From the NCBI GenBank assembly GCA_034669905.1, contig JAXMOL010000012.1, positions 64,001 through 128,000 of the forward strand: a DNA stretch of 64,000 bases. Reading direction: 5' to 3'. The position numbers and the translations under genes were made by a program. The notes beneath the pieces are model-generated. The model made no database searches. It had not been told where the DNA came from and saw only the letters and a program-made list of their open reading frames with translations. The stretch comes from Candidatus Hydrogenedentota bacterium (GTDB lineage Bacteria; Hydrogenedentota; Hydrogenedentia; Hydrogenedentales; JAEUWI01). Positions 9,337 through 18,799 of the stretch are shown here, in pieces. Every line of letters begins with the position of its first letter. Within the stretch, counting starts at the first letter, position 1.

Positions 9337-9365
9337 TTGACAAAATTTAGACAAAGATATAAGAT
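9337..9365 (+). promoter_or_regulatory. Photolyase promoter TTGACA-17-TAAGAT with 11-bp-spaced TnGACA direct repeats (CarH/LitR-like operator)
   Basis: TTGACA at 9337, TAGACA at 9348, TAAGAT at 9360. Confidence 0.6.
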
Positions 9366-9408
9366 TCAGGAGTAAACCGAATCGTTGCAGCAGAAGAAGG
9401 AGTGTCCC

Positions 9409-10857
9409 ATGGCGACTGAAAACGTGGTTATCTATTGGTTGCGGAACGACTTGCGCCTTGCTGACAACCCGGCACTTACGGCCGCCCTCTCGACGGGACA
9501 TGCCGTTCTTCCTGTCTATATCTGGTCTCCCGAGGAAGAGGGGGACTGGGTGCCCGGTGCGGCTTCCCGGGTCTGGCTCCATGAGTCGTTGAAACGGCTC
9601 GCCAAGGCCTATGAAGCGCTCGATTCGCGACTATTGCTACGCCAGGGTGATTCGGCAGAAACGTTGCACGCCCTTTGCGACGCGTATGGGGCCACCACCG
9701 TGTTTACCAGCCGCCGCTACGAACCCCACGCCCTCCACCAGGAAGCCCGCGTCCGCGACCGGCTCAAGGGCGACGACGTGACCCTCCAGGTTTTCAACGG
9801 GAGTCTGCTGAATGCGCCGGACGCCGTGGAGACCCAGGCCGGTGATCCTTACAAAGTGTTCACGCCCTACTACAACGCCTGCGTGAAGAAGGGAGAGCCC
9901 AGAGAGGCGCATCCAGCCCCCACCAAGATACCTGCGCCGAAGAAGTGGCCGACGTCCGATGCGCTCGCTGACCTGGCGCTCGTACCCGACCATCCCTGGG
10001 TGGAGAAGGTCCAACAACATGGAACCTTTGGCGAGGCGAGGGCTTTGGAGTTGCTGGATGCCTTTACCGACGACGCTATCATCGACTATCCGGAACTACG
10101 GGACCGTCCCGATGTTTCGGGCACGTCGAGTCTGGCACCCCACCTCCATTTTGGTGAGCTGTCCCCCGTGCAGGTGTGGCATGCCGCGTCGGCCTATCGT
10201 GAGGGCGGGAACGATGAACAGCCCGGTAATGCGGCGTACATTCGTCAGCTCTACTGGCGTGACTTCGCCTATCATCTGCTTTACTACTTTCCGGATACCC
10301 CCGAAGAACCCTTAAAGCCCATGTTCGCGCCCTTTCCCTGGGTGGAGGATGACGAAGCCTTGCATCGCTGGCAGCGGGGACAGACCGGCTATCCCTTTGT
10401 GGATGCGGGCATGCGGGAATTGTGGGAAACGGGGTGGATGCACAACCGCGTCCGCATGGTCGTGGCTTCCTTCCTCATCAAAGATTTACGTATCCACTGG
10501 CGGGAAGGCGCCCAGTGGTTCTGGGATTGCCTCTTCGATGCCGACCTGGCCAACAACTCCCTCGGGTGGCAATGGGTGGCCGGTTGTGGTGCCGATGCCG
10601 CGCCCTACTTCCGGGTTTTCAACCCCTTTACCCAGGGGAAGAAGTTTGACCCCGATGGGGAATACGTCCGCAAGTGGGTGCCCGAGTTGGCCCAGGTGCC
10701 CGACAAATACCTGCAGACGCCGTGGGAAATGCCGCCGATTGAGTTGGCGGCGTGCGGTGTGACGTTGGGAAAGGAGTATCCCCACCCGATAGTCGACCAC
10801 GCCGAAGCCCGGAAAACTGCGCTGGCCATCTACGACGAGCTCAAGGCTGCGAAGTGA
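9409..10857 (+). CDS. phrB: Deoxyribodipyrimidine photolyase (CPD photolyase/cryptochrome family)
   Basis: WLRNDLRLADNPAL, YKVFTPY, TSSLAPHLHFGELSP, GQTGYPFVDAGMRELWETGWMHNRVRM, DADLANNSLGWQW; AAGGAG RBS before ATG 9409. Confidence 0.95.
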   Translation: MATENVVIYWLRNDLRLADNPALTAALSTGHAVLPVYIWSPEEEGDWVPGAASRVWLHESLKRLAKAYEALDSRLLLRQGDSAETLHALCDAYGATTVFTSRRYEPHALHQEARVRDRLKGDDVTLQVFNGSLLNAPDAVETQAGDPYKVFTPYYNACVKKGEPREAHPAPTKIPAPKKWPTSDALADLALVPDHPWVEKVQQHGTFGEARALELLDAFTDDAIIDYPELRDRPDVSGTSSLAPHLHFGELSPVQVWHAASAYREGGNDEQPGNAAYIRQLYWRDFAYHLLYYFPDTPEEPLKPMFAPFPWVEDDEALHRWQRGQTGYPFVDAGMRELWETGWMHNRVRMVVASFLIKDLRIHWREGAQWFWDCLFDADLANNSLGWQWVAGCGADAAPYFRVFNPFTQGKKFDPDGEYVRKWVPELAQVPDKYLQTPWEMPPIELAACGVTLGKEYPHPIVDHAEARKTALAIYDELKAAK

Positions 10858-10941
10858 ACCGAGGGGCCGGAGTCCCCTCACCCACAAACTTCCCCCGCTT
10901 CGCTCCTCTGTTTGAGGGTGGCACCCGGGGGGTACTTTTTT

Positions 10942-11316
10942 TGTTCATGGGCAATAAGTGAGGAGGATTTATTCGAATATACAAGTGCTGGAGCTAAGCG
11001 CTTGTTGCAATGGTTCTTTTGTGAAACATGTCGCCACACATTTTTTGCAGATAGAACCACAAGCCCCTGGACGTGCCGCGCGATCGGGTACTCCAGTTCG
11101 TGCGAAGGGGCTGTGGGACGTCATTGGGGCGGTGTCGTTGTGGGAAGACTTAAAGATGTCATGGGGGAAATAGCGCATTGCCCTTGGCCCGGGACCTAAT
11201 GGTATCTCCCGACCCGCGCACGAACCGGGAATACCGGATCGCGCGGCACGATGGTTGGGTTTAGTTTGTTTGTGCGGAGGGAGTTTTGGTTGGTATCCGA
11301 TAATTGCCCATGAACC
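10942..11316. mobile_element. MITE copy 1 (375 bp), TIR (G)GTTCATGGGCAAT...ATTGCCCATGAACC, perfect 8-bp TSD ACTTTTTT
   Basis: TSD at 10934-10941 and 11317-11324; closely similar to 45768-46155; no coding capacity. Confidence 0.88.
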
Positions 11317-11356
11317 ACTTTTTTCGCTCCTTCCCACGCTCCACGTGGGAACGAGC

Positions 11357-13243
11357 CTACTTCAGCGCGGCGATCCGATGCGCTTCACCAGCCTCCACCG
11401 CTTCCAGGGCCGCGTCGTTTGCCAACAACAAGACCCGACGGCTACCCACGTTGGTATCCGATAAGACGCCATAGCTTCTCCCTTCGGGACACAGGGCGAC
11501 GACCCAACGCCAGTCTTCCTCCAGTACCATCATGAAGGCGGGGGAGGCGATGTTCATGCCCGCGAACAACTGGCGGATTCGCTTTGAAACGGCTTCTTCG
11601 TAGGCCTGCGTTTTCGCGACGTTATCGCCATCAGGACCCTGGTAGGCAAAGACCGCCTGCTGCAGACGTTCCAACTCCTGGTCGTTAATCACGGCCATGG
11701 TCGCGATCGGAACAGGGCGAACCGCTTTCTGTATGTCCCGCTGCATTTTTGACTGCAGGCGTGCTTGCTCATAGGTAGGCAAGTCATTCATTTCCGAGAT
11801 GGGCAGGAGCTCGCACAAAACGGGTTCGTGGAAATGCTCCGCGTAGTAGATATACTCCTCGCGCGAGAAACCCACCGAATAGAGATCGTAGGCCCTGTTC
11901 TGTTGGGAGCATGCACGGAGTGGCGCGCAGAACGCTCGGGCGGATTTGTAGGGGTTGATGGCCGGAAAGATGACCAGCGCACAAAGTAGGACCAGTATGG
12001 CCGAATGGGTGGTCATATCCCGCAGGAGCTGGCGGGAATCGGTGCGCAGGGCGGCATAGAATCCCTGCATACCACAGGCCAGCGCAAGGATACTGACTGC
12101 CAGAATCGACGGATGCCCATATTCCTTATAGGGACCCATGACAAAAACCAGGGGCGCAAAGGCCAGCATCGTCAAGGCGGCAGCCCAGAGGAGCCCGGTG
12201 TTCCGTCGCCAGATCCGCCGGTCGCTTTCTACGAGCTCCAGAATGCTGCGGGAGAGGAAGATGGCGAGCACAGGATAGAGGGGCAGCAGATAAATGGACC
12301 GCTTCCCGATACAGGCCGAGAAAAACAGAAAGGCGGGTATGGTCCAGGCCAGAAGGAGGCGCATTTCCTCCCCGTCCTTGCGCCGCTTCCACCCCCAATA
12401 GAGCGTCCACGGTAGAAAGAGCCCCCAGGGCAAGAGGTCGACGGGCATGTGGGTGGCATAGAACCCGGGCCACTTCGCGTGGCTGATACCCAGAAAGAAA
12501 CGGCCGATGGTCTGGCGGAAAAGATTGGCGGCAATGCCATCGCCCGTCTCCATACCGCTTTCGACGGAAACCGCCATGCGCGCCGGGATGAGCCAGGCGG
12601 CCACGATGATCAGCACCACCACCGTGCCCACCACCCAGTGAAGGTCTTTTCGGTCCTGTTTTTTCCCCCAATAGAACACCAGAATCATAAAGAAAGGAAA
12701 GACGAGCCCCGGGGGGCCTTTCGTCAATACGGCGGCGGCGATAGCAAGGTAAAAGCCCACGAGGGCGAAGGACTGGCGGTTTTTATGCCAGTGCCAGAAG
12801 CACAGGAGGGAGGCGGTGAGGAACATGGTCATGAGCATATCGATTTGCCCGAAACGCGCCTGCCACCAGAAGCGGTGGGTGGTCATGAGGATGAGGGCTG
12901 CCCAGAATGCCACGGAGGTTCCATAGAGACTTTGGGCCAGCAAGTAGGTGAGCACGATGGTGACCAGTCCCCCAATTGCCAATGGGAGGCGGGCGGTGAA
13001 TTCGGTTACATCGCCCACGGGCGCCGAGAGGAGGGCGGTGGTCCAAAAGAGCATGGGAGGCTTTTCGGTGTAGGGCTGGCCGTTGACGCGGGGTACCAGG
13101 TAATCCCCGGAATGGAGCATTTCCCGGGCCACCTGGGCGAAACGTGGTTCGTCGGGTGGCCAGAGATCGTAGCCCCCGAGATTGGTCAGAAACAGGAAAG
13201 CGCCAAGTAGAATGAGGATAGGCAGGTGATAACGAGGGTTCAT
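11357..13243 (-). CDS. ArnT/PMT-family (GT-C) membrane glycosyltransferase
   Basis: LWPPDEPRFAQVAREM, VPRVNGQPYTEKPP, ARLP, DMLM, AVLTKGP, KRSIYLLPLYP; ATG at 13243 overlaps the upstream stop (ATGA). Confidence 0.9.
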   Translation of the reverse strand: MNPRYHLPILILLGAFLFLTNLGGYDLWPPDEPRFAQVAREMLHSGDYLVPRVNGQPYTEKPPMLFWTTALLSAPVGDVTEFTARLPLAIGGLVTIVLTYLLAQSLYGTSVAFWAALILMTTHRFWWQARFGQIDMLMTMFLTASLLCFWHWHKNRQSFALVGFYLAIAAAVLTKGPPGLVFPFFMILVFYWGKKQDRKDLHWVVGTVVVLIIVAAWLIPARMAVSVESGMETGDGIAANLFRQTIGRFFLGISHAKWPGFYATHMPVDLLPWGLFLPWTLYWGWKRRKDGEEMRLLLAWTIPAFLFFSACIGKRSIYLLPLYPVLAIFLSRSILELVESDRRIWRRNTGLLWAAALTMLAFAPLVFVMGPYKEYGHPSILAVSILALACGMQGFYAALRTDSRQLLRDMTTHSAILVLLCALVIFPAINPYKSARAFCAPLRACSQQNRAYDLYSVGFSREEYIYYAEHFHEPVLCELLPISEMNDLPTYEQARLQSKMQRDIQKAVRPVPIATMAVINDQELERLQQAVFAYQGPDGDNVAKTQAYEEAVSKRIRQLFAGMNIASPAFMMVLEEDWRWVVALCPEGRSYGVLSDTNVGSRRVLLLANDAALEAVEAGEAHRIAALK

Positions 13244-13932
13244 GCAGGGGCTGATTCTTTCTCGTCGGTGGTATTCAAGAGCGCGATGTTGCGCAGATAT
13301 ATAAGGAGGGTGAGGGACGTGCCCGCCAGAAATAGCCACTCGCTCCGTTGGAGGAAGCAAGCCGCCTGTAAGGCACTGGCGACGACGCTGAGATACCAGA
13401 AGACAGGCGGTACGGTGCTTTCGCCCTGCCGTTCCGACGCGATCCACTGGATCAGGAAACGCCCTGCGAAGAGGGCCTGTCCCGCGACGCCCAGGGCCAG
13501 CCAGCCCCAGGTCTCCCGCGCCAGTTCGGGTGCCAGGGTCTGGTTGTGGGTGAGCTCCTGACGCCAGATGAAGATGACGAAGCAAATGGCGACGACGGCT
13601 ATGCTGGCCGCCATGGCCTGGAGCAGCACGGCGGCAAGGGGACCCATGCGCCCTGACTTCCGCCCGATGAAGATGAGGTTGCGGGTATAGACGACGATGT
13701 TGAAGCACTGGCTCAGGGCACCCAGGGGCGAGCGGATGGCGATGGCATAGGCAAGAAGGGTCAAGGTGCCAAGGCTGCTGAGGTACCAGAAGGACGGCGG
13801 AATGGTGCTCTTGCCCCGTCGTTCCGAGGCGATCCATTGGACCCAGAAGCGACTGAAAAAGATGGCCGTTCCGACGGTGCCCAACAGATGCCATAGCATT
13901 CCGGATGCCCCGCCGAAATCTACGATGAACAT
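13240..13932 (-). CDS. Lipid A biosynthesis N-terminal (LAB_N) domain membrane protein with two repeats
   Basis: Two copies of F.SRF.VQWIASER.GKS..P..FWYLS. Confidence 0.88.
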   Translation of the reverse strand: MFIVDFGGASGMLWHLLGTVGTAIFFSRFWVQWIASERRGKSTIPPSFWYLSSLGTLTLLAYAIAIRSPLGALSQCFNIVVYTRNLIFIGRKSGRMGPLAAVLLQAMAASIAVVAICFVIFIWRQELTHNQTLAPELARETWGWLALGVAGQALFAGRFLIQWIASERQGESTVPPVFWYLSVVASALQAACFLQRSEWLFLAGTSLTLLIYLRNIALLNTTDEKESAPA

Positions 13933-13936
13933 GACC

Positions 13937-14107
13937 CTAGTCTTCCGGCTGGCGCAGGAGCGCGAAGAAGGGGATGAGCCCGGCCACGCCGAGAATCAGG
14001 GGGTCGTTCTGCCACCAGGCGACGGGCCCCAGGGCGACGCCCGCGAGGAAGGTCGCAATCACCAGATACCCGTTCAATGCGGTGGGTTTGGGGTCGTGCT
14101 TATCCAT
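13937..14107 (-). CDS. Small two-TM membrane protein (56 aa)
   Basis: MDKHDPKPTALNGYLVIATFLAGVALGPVAWWQNDPLILGVAGLIPFFALLRQPED; fills the gap between co-oriented genes with an 8-bp overlap and a 4-bp gap. Confidence 0.55.
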   Translation of the reverse strand: MDKHDPKPTALNGYLVIATFLAGVALGPVAWWQNDPLILGVAGLIPFFALLRQPED

Positions 14108-14663
14108 GATTCCAGAACTCCTTGGCGATAAAGGGAACGAGCCAGAGCAGGCAGTGGAGCTCGGCGACAATGCTGGGGATGATGAATTGGCGGACGGGCT
14201 TGTCGGTGCGGCGGTAGATAGCGGGTCGAGGGAGCCAGCGGGGGATAGCGGTCAGGAATTCGCGGTAGGGTGTTCCATACTTCTCCGTAAGGTGCAACTC
14301 TTCGCGACGAACGACGAAACGATAGACCACGGCGCACCAGATCACCATGAGCGGCACAAACCACAGCAGTTCCGACAGCACCACCAGACCGACCAGCATG
14401 GTCGAATTGGCGATGTAAATGGGGTTTCGAACCATGGTGTAGGGACCGGTTGTCGTGAGCACTTTACGGGTCTTCAAACGGTAGTGAAGATGGACCTGCG
14501 CCCAGGTGCGCAGGGCAACCCCGGCGAAAAAGATGGCCAGTCCGATGGGCCACAGGGCCACGCTCCATTCGGTTTCCTGATAGACAACGAAGAGGACAAA
14601 GAGGCAGGGGGGGAGCATCAGGAGACCACGAATCTTGTAAATACGATCGTAGGGTTTGGACAT
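14100..14663 (-). CDS. Isoprenylcysteine carboxyl methyltransferase / phospholipid methyltransferase family protein
   Basis: LTTTGPYTMVRNPIY, REELHLTEKYGTPYREFLTAIPRWLP. Confidence 0.88.
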   Translation of the reverse strand: MSKPYDRIYKIRGLLMLPPCLFVLFVVYQETEWSVALWPIGLAIFFAGVALRTWAQVHLHYRLKTRKVLTTTGPYTMVRNPIYIANSTMLVGLVVLSELLWFVPLMVIWCAVVYRFVVRREELHLTEKYGTPYREFLTAIPRWLPRPAIYRRTDKPVRQFIIPSIVAELHCLLWLVPFIAKEFWNHG

Positions 14664-14721
14664 AAGAAGCGACCTTTCGAGAGGTTATGATGGGGCGAAA
14701 TACGGTCGTACTATACGGTGG

Positions 14722-14767
14722 AAACCTTGCCGTGATGTTACGGCGGCATTGCCATATGGCAAGGTTT
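14722..14767. promoter_or_regulatory. Putative OmpR-family (CusR/CzcR-like) operator in the divergent promoter region
   Basis: TTGCC/TTACG/TTGCC at 11-bp period (14727, 14738, 14749); ATTGC-N6-GCAAG at 14748-14763; outer inverted repeat AAACCTTGCC...GGCAAGGTTT. Confidence 0.5.
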
Positions 14768-14850
14768 TGGTGCTTTCAGTCTGCTACACTGAGGGCCAGT
14801 TATTGTGGGCCACGACCACCGTGGCCCTTACCGCGAGCAGGCCGAGATTC

Positions 14851-15528
14851 ATGCATATACTGGTGGTTGAAGACGATAGGAAGATTGCCGAGTTTATTTC
14901 CCGGGGCCTTCGCCAGGAAGGCTATGTGGTGGACCAGGCAGACAACGGTGTGGCTGGCTTTCACCGGGCCATGGCCGAGCAGTACGATGCCGCGGTAATC
15001 GACGTCATGCTGCCCCGACTCAATGGCCTCGATTTGATTCAGGATATGCGGCGGGAGGAGAACCTGACGCCGGTCCTCATCCTGAGTGCACGAAATTCCG
15101 TCGATGACCGGATCAAGGGATTGAAGGCTGGGGGCGACGACTATCTCGTGAAGCCCTTTTCCTTTGCCGAATTGCTGGCCCGACTGCAGGCCCTGGTGCG
15201 TCGGGCGACCGCTGTGGCCGAGCCGACGACGTTGGTGGTTCACGACCTCAGCCTCGACCTGCAGCGCCGAAGCGCGACCCGTGCCGGCCGCAACATCGAG
15301 TTGCAGCCCCGGGAATTCGCCCTCTTGGAATATCTCGTGCGCAACCGGGACCGCATCGTATCGAAGACCATGATCATGGATCAGGTATGGGGCTACGATT
15401 TTGACCCCAGCACCAACGTAGTCGAGTCGCGAATCAGCCGATTGCGCGACAAAGTTGATCGGGGCTTTGACTGCGCCTTGATTAAGACCATTCGGGGGGC
15501 GGGTTATGTTATCCAGTCTCAGGCGTAA
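14851..15528 (+). CDS. OmpR-family response regulator (CusR/CzcR-like)
   Basis: MHILVVEDD, DVMLP, GGDDYLVKPFSFAELLARL, TNVVESRISRLRDKVD, TIRGAGY. Confidence 0.95.
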   Translation: MHILVVEDDRKIAEFISRGLRQEGYVVDQADNGVAGFHRAMAEQYDAAVIDVMLPRLNGLDLIQDMRREENLTPVLILSARNSVDDRIKGLKAGGDDYLVKPFSFAELLARLQALVRRATAVAEPTTLVVHDLSLDLQRRSATRAGRNIELQPREFALLEYLVRNRDRIVSKTMIMDQVWGYDFDPSTNVVESRISRLRDKVDRGFDCALIKTIRGAGYVIQSQA

Positions 15529-16924
15529 GGCTTTTCGCTCACTCGCCTTTCGACTGAGCCTCAACTATGCGGCCTGTTGCCTGTTGTCCATGATGGCCGT
15601 GTTCCTGGTCTCTTACCTCTTTCTCGACGCCTCGCTCCGGCGTGAAATCGACGGGGACCTCGCCAATGAGATTCCGGAATACCGATCACTACTGGCGTCC
15701 CAGAGCATCCCGATATTGGAAGACACCCTGCAGAAAGAGGCCCTGTCCGAGGGGATCGACCAGGTGTTCTTTCGGATCCTCGATCCTTCGGGCGCCATCC
15801 TTTTCGGGACCGATACCCGCTCGTGGTCGGGCCTGACGGTCGACCATGCCGCCCTCCAGTCTGCCCTGAGCGGACAGCTGGTATTTGCCGACTTCGAGAA
15901 CGAATCCGGGAATTTTACCGCCCGACTTGTTTATGGGGCCATCGCGGAGAACAAGGTGCTTCAACTGGGGGAGTCGCTCGCGGGAAACCACGGTATCCTT
16001 CGGCAGTTCAGGGAAATCTTCACGGTGGCGACGCTGGCCTTTGTGTTTTGTTCCTTGCTGGCAGGGGCCTACATGGCCCAGCGGGCCCTCTCGGGGGTGC
16101 AGCGGGTAACCGAGGCGGCGCGTTTTATCACGGCTGGCGCGTGGGAACACCGTGTGCCGGTCAGCGGAAATCAGGACGAAATCGATGAGCTCGCCGACGC
16201 ATTCAATACGATGGTGAATCGCATTGAAGTGCTCTTTCGGGAACTCCGAGATGTCACCGACGACATCGCCCATGACTTACGCACGCCGTTGATGCGCATC
16301 CGTGGAGAAGCGGAGATGGCATTGATTGAAGCGGACCACTCCTCGTTGGAGCAGGAACGTTGCGGGAGCGTCCTGGAGGAGTGCGATGAAATGTTGCAGT
16401 TCATTAACACCATGCTGGAGATTTCTCAAACAGAGGCCGGGGCCGCCCCGCTGGACTTGGAGGCGCTTTCCCTGGGGCCCCTGGTGGAAGATGTGTGCGA
16501 ACTCTTCCGCCCCGTCGCAGAAGATAAGTCCCTCACGCTGTCATGCACCCTGGAGGCGCTCCCGCCCATTCGCGGAGAGGCTTTGCGGCTGAATCGGGTC
16601 TTGGTTCATCTGCTCGACAACGCGGTGAAATACACCCCGGCGGGCGGCGAGATCGTGGTGACGGGCCAGCGAATGGGTGACGACGTGGTCGTTCAGATAC
16701 GCGACACGGGAATCGGGATCGGCAGCGATGCGCTGGGGGAGGTTTTCAATCGCTTTTACCGGGCAGACGCCAGCCGTACTACGCCCGGAAATGGTCTGGG
16801 TCTCAGTCTGGCCCGGGCGATCGTGCGCGCTCATGAAGGGGACATCACGGTCTCCAGTGTTGAAGGTGAAGGCAGCTGCTTTACGGTGCGTCTTCCGGTG
16901 GCTGGAACCGGACCCCGCCCGTAA
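15506..16924 (+). CDS. Sensor histidine kinase (HAMP, HisKA, HATPase)
   Basis: Two TM segments, DEIDELADAFN, DIAHDLRTPL, LLDNAVKYT, DTGIGI, GLGLSLA. Confidence 0.95.
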   Translation: MLSSLRRKAFRSLAFRLSLNYAACCLLSMMAVFLVSYLFLDASLRREIDGDLANEIPEYRSLLASQSIPILEDTLQKEALSEGIDQVFFRILDPSGAILFGTDTRSWSGLTVDHAALQSALSGQLVFADFENESGNFTARLVYGAIAENKVLQLGESLAGNHGILRQFREIFTVATLAFVFCSLLAGAYMAQRALSGVQRVTEAARFITAGAWEHRVPVSGNQDEIDELADAFNTMVNRIEVLFRELRDVTDDIAHDLRTPLMRIRGEAEMALIEADHSSLEQERCGSVLEECDEMLQFINTMLEISQTEAGAAPLDLEALSLGPLVEDVCELFRPVAEDKSLTLSCTLEALPPIRGEALRLNRVLVHLLDNAVKYTPAGGEIVVTGQRMGDDVVVQIRDTGIGIGSDALGEVFNRFYRADASRTTPGNGLGLSLARAIVRAHEGDITVSSVEGEGSCFTVRLPVAGTGPRP

Positions 16925-16925
16925 T

Positions 16926-18368
16926 TCACTCGGGGTTTGTCCGTAATTCGGGGAAGGGGAACTCAGCCGAGGGTACCCGGGCTGACACCATGATCTGTTC
17001 GATTTTCGCCAGTACGTCGGGATGGGCGGTGGCCAGGTTGGTTGTTTCACCGGGGTCGTCGCGCAAATTATAGAGTTCGGTGGTCAGCCTGCCGGTTTTC
17101 TTAATGTGCTGGCGCAGGCCTTTCCAGTCGCCCATGCGCACGGCTTGTTGCCCGCCGTACGCGATGAACTCCCAGTAGAGGTAGTCATGCTTCGGCTGGG
17201 CACCTGTCCCCAGCAAGGTGGGGAGGAAGGAAATCCCGTCGATGTCGGAGGGGGCCTCCGCGCCCGCGAGGGCGGCAAAGGTCGGCAGGATATCCCAGAA
17301 GGCGGAGAGGTGGTCGGATTCAACGCCCGACGCGATATGTCCGGGCCACCGAGCGACCAGCGGTACCCGAATTCCACCTTCGAGGAGGCTGCCCTTACGG
17401 CCTCGGAAGGGGCCCGCACTGTCGAAAAAGTCGGAGTCAGCACCACCGAGCCGTTCAAAGGTGGGGCCGTTGTCGCTGGAGAAGAGCACAATGGTGTTGT
17501 CATCCAGCTTCAGGGTTTTGAGCAGGGCCATGATCTCACCAATGCCCCGGTCCATGTGGCTGATCATCGCGGCATAGCCGGCACGGGGCGTGGGGTGCTC
17601 CAGATAGCCCTTGTGCACATAATCTTCTTCGGGGAGGATGTCCCGGTAAGGGGCCACCGATGCGTCGGGCGCTTGAATGGAGAGATGGGGAATCGCAAAG
17701 GGGAGGTAGAGGAAAAAGGGTTGGGCCTGGTTGGCCTCGATAAACTCCTTGCCCCACTGGATGAAATAGTCCTGGGAATATTGGGCGCCAGTGAGGCTGC
17801 GGTCATTGCCCGGCATGGGGATTTTCTTGCCCCCTTTCCACAGGAAGCGGGGATAGTGGTTGTGGGCGTGTTCCTGGCAGAGGAAGCCGCCGAAGTCGTC
17901 GAAGCCCTGGGTTAAGGGGTCCCCCGTAGAGCCTTCATAGCCCAAGCCCCACTTGCCATAGGCAGCGGTGGCATAACCCTGCGCTTTGAGAATTTCGGCT
18001 ATCGTCAGCGCGTCGTCAGGGATAGGAGTCTGGCCACGCCACAGTCCCTGGAGTTCATCTTTGGGACGTTCTTTCATGCTGCCGTTGTTGCGCACGTAGG
18101 CGTGCCCCATGTGCTTTCCGGTCATCAGGGCACAGCGGGCAGGGGCACACACGGCCTGGCCCGTATAGTGCTGGGTGAAACGCATGCCTTCGGCGGCGAG
18201 CTGGTCGATGTGCGGTGTCTTGATGCGATTCTGCCCATAGCAGCCCAATTCTCCATAGCCCAGATCGTCCGCCAGGATATAAACAATATTCGGGGGTGCC
18301 GCGTGTAGCCTTTGGAGGGGGCACAGGATGGCGGATAAGAGGAGCAGGCAAAGTAATCTGTGTCGCAT
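16926..18368 (-). CDS. Arylsulfatase (S1 family)
   Basis: [42 protein letters not shown]. Confidence 0.95.
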   Translation of the reverse strand: MRHRLLCLLLLSAILCPLQRLHAAPPNIVYILADDLGYGELGCYGQNRIKTPHIDQLAAEGMRFTQHYTGQAVCAPARCALMTGKHMGHAYVRNNGSMKERPKDELQGLWRGQTPIPDDALTIAEILKAQGYATAAYGKWGLGYEGSTGDPLTQGFDDFGGFLCQEHAHNHYPRFLWKGGKKIPMPGNDRSLTGAQYSQDYFIQWGKEFIEANQAQPFFLYLPFAIPHLSIQAPDASVAPYRDILPEEDYVHKGYLEHPTPRAGYAAMISHMDRGIGEIMALLKTLKLDDNTIVLFSSDNGPTFERLGGADSDFFDSAGPFRGRKGSLLEGGIRVPLVARWPGHIASGVESDHLSAFWDILPTFAALAGAEAPSDIDGISFLPTLLGTGAQPKHDYLYWEFIAYGGQQAVRMGDWKGLRQHIKKTGRLTTELYNLRDDPGETTNLATAHPDVLAKIEQIMVSARVPSAEFPFPELRTNPE

Positions 18369-18431
18369 GGCGAAACCTCATTGCGTGTTGCCGCGGGTGA
18401 TATCGCTTCCGATGGTAGCAGAAATTGGGGC

Positions 18432-18459
18432 TAAAGTGCCGCCCGAATTCTGCCGATTA
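18432..18459 (+). promoter_or_regulatory. Sigma28 (FliA/SigD)-type promoter TAAA-N16-GCCGATTA
   Basis: Near-consensus elements about 50 bp upstream of the YjfB-like gene. Confidence 0.6.
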
Positions 18460-18506
18460 TAAGGGCGTACTTGGAATAACAGGCCCAATGCAGAAAGGAG
18501 GCTGAT

Positions 18507-18707
18507 ATGACTGGAGTATCTGGTTTTGTTGGCGGCGTTGGGGCCGGTGTAAGTCAGGGCCGAAACCACGGCGTTGTACAGGCGACTCATCTGAAGGAAC
18601 AGGAGCAGTCGAATGTCGGTGTGAAGGCAGCTGCGTTGCAGCTGATCCAGAGCGCCATTACAACGTCAGTGGGGACGTCCGGACGCGACCTCGACGTGCT
18701 GGCTTAG
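18507..18707 (+). CDS. Small YjfB-like putative motility-associated protein (66 aa)
   Basis: Strong AAGGAGG RBS; AALQLIQSA...GRDLDVLA C-terminus resembles the YjfB family; has its own promoter and terminator. Confidence 0.65.
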   Translation: MTGVSGFVGGVGAGVSQGRNHGVVQATHLKEQEQSNVGVKAAALQLIQSAITTSVGTSGRDLDVLA

Positions 18708-18725
18708 CACTCACAAATCTCCTTT

Positions 18726-18770
18726 TGAAGGAGGTGTTGCACGGATGCGACACCTCCTTCATACCTTTTA
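18726..18770 (+). terminator. Hairpin terminator after the YjfB-like gene
   Basis: 16-bp stem TGAAGGAGGTGTTGCA-CGGA-TGCGACACCTCCTTCA followed by TACCTTTTA. Confidence 0.7.
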
Positions 18771-18799
18771 GGCCCGACCCGCTGGAAAGGAGTGCCCAA

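Noticed and set aside
13244..13894. 845-aa extended ArnT or a LAB_N-ArnT frameshift fusion
   Set aside because: The upstream open frame is low-complexity alternative-frame sequence over the LAB_N gene; an ATGA-coupled start at 13243 explains the layout and I saw no slippery site.
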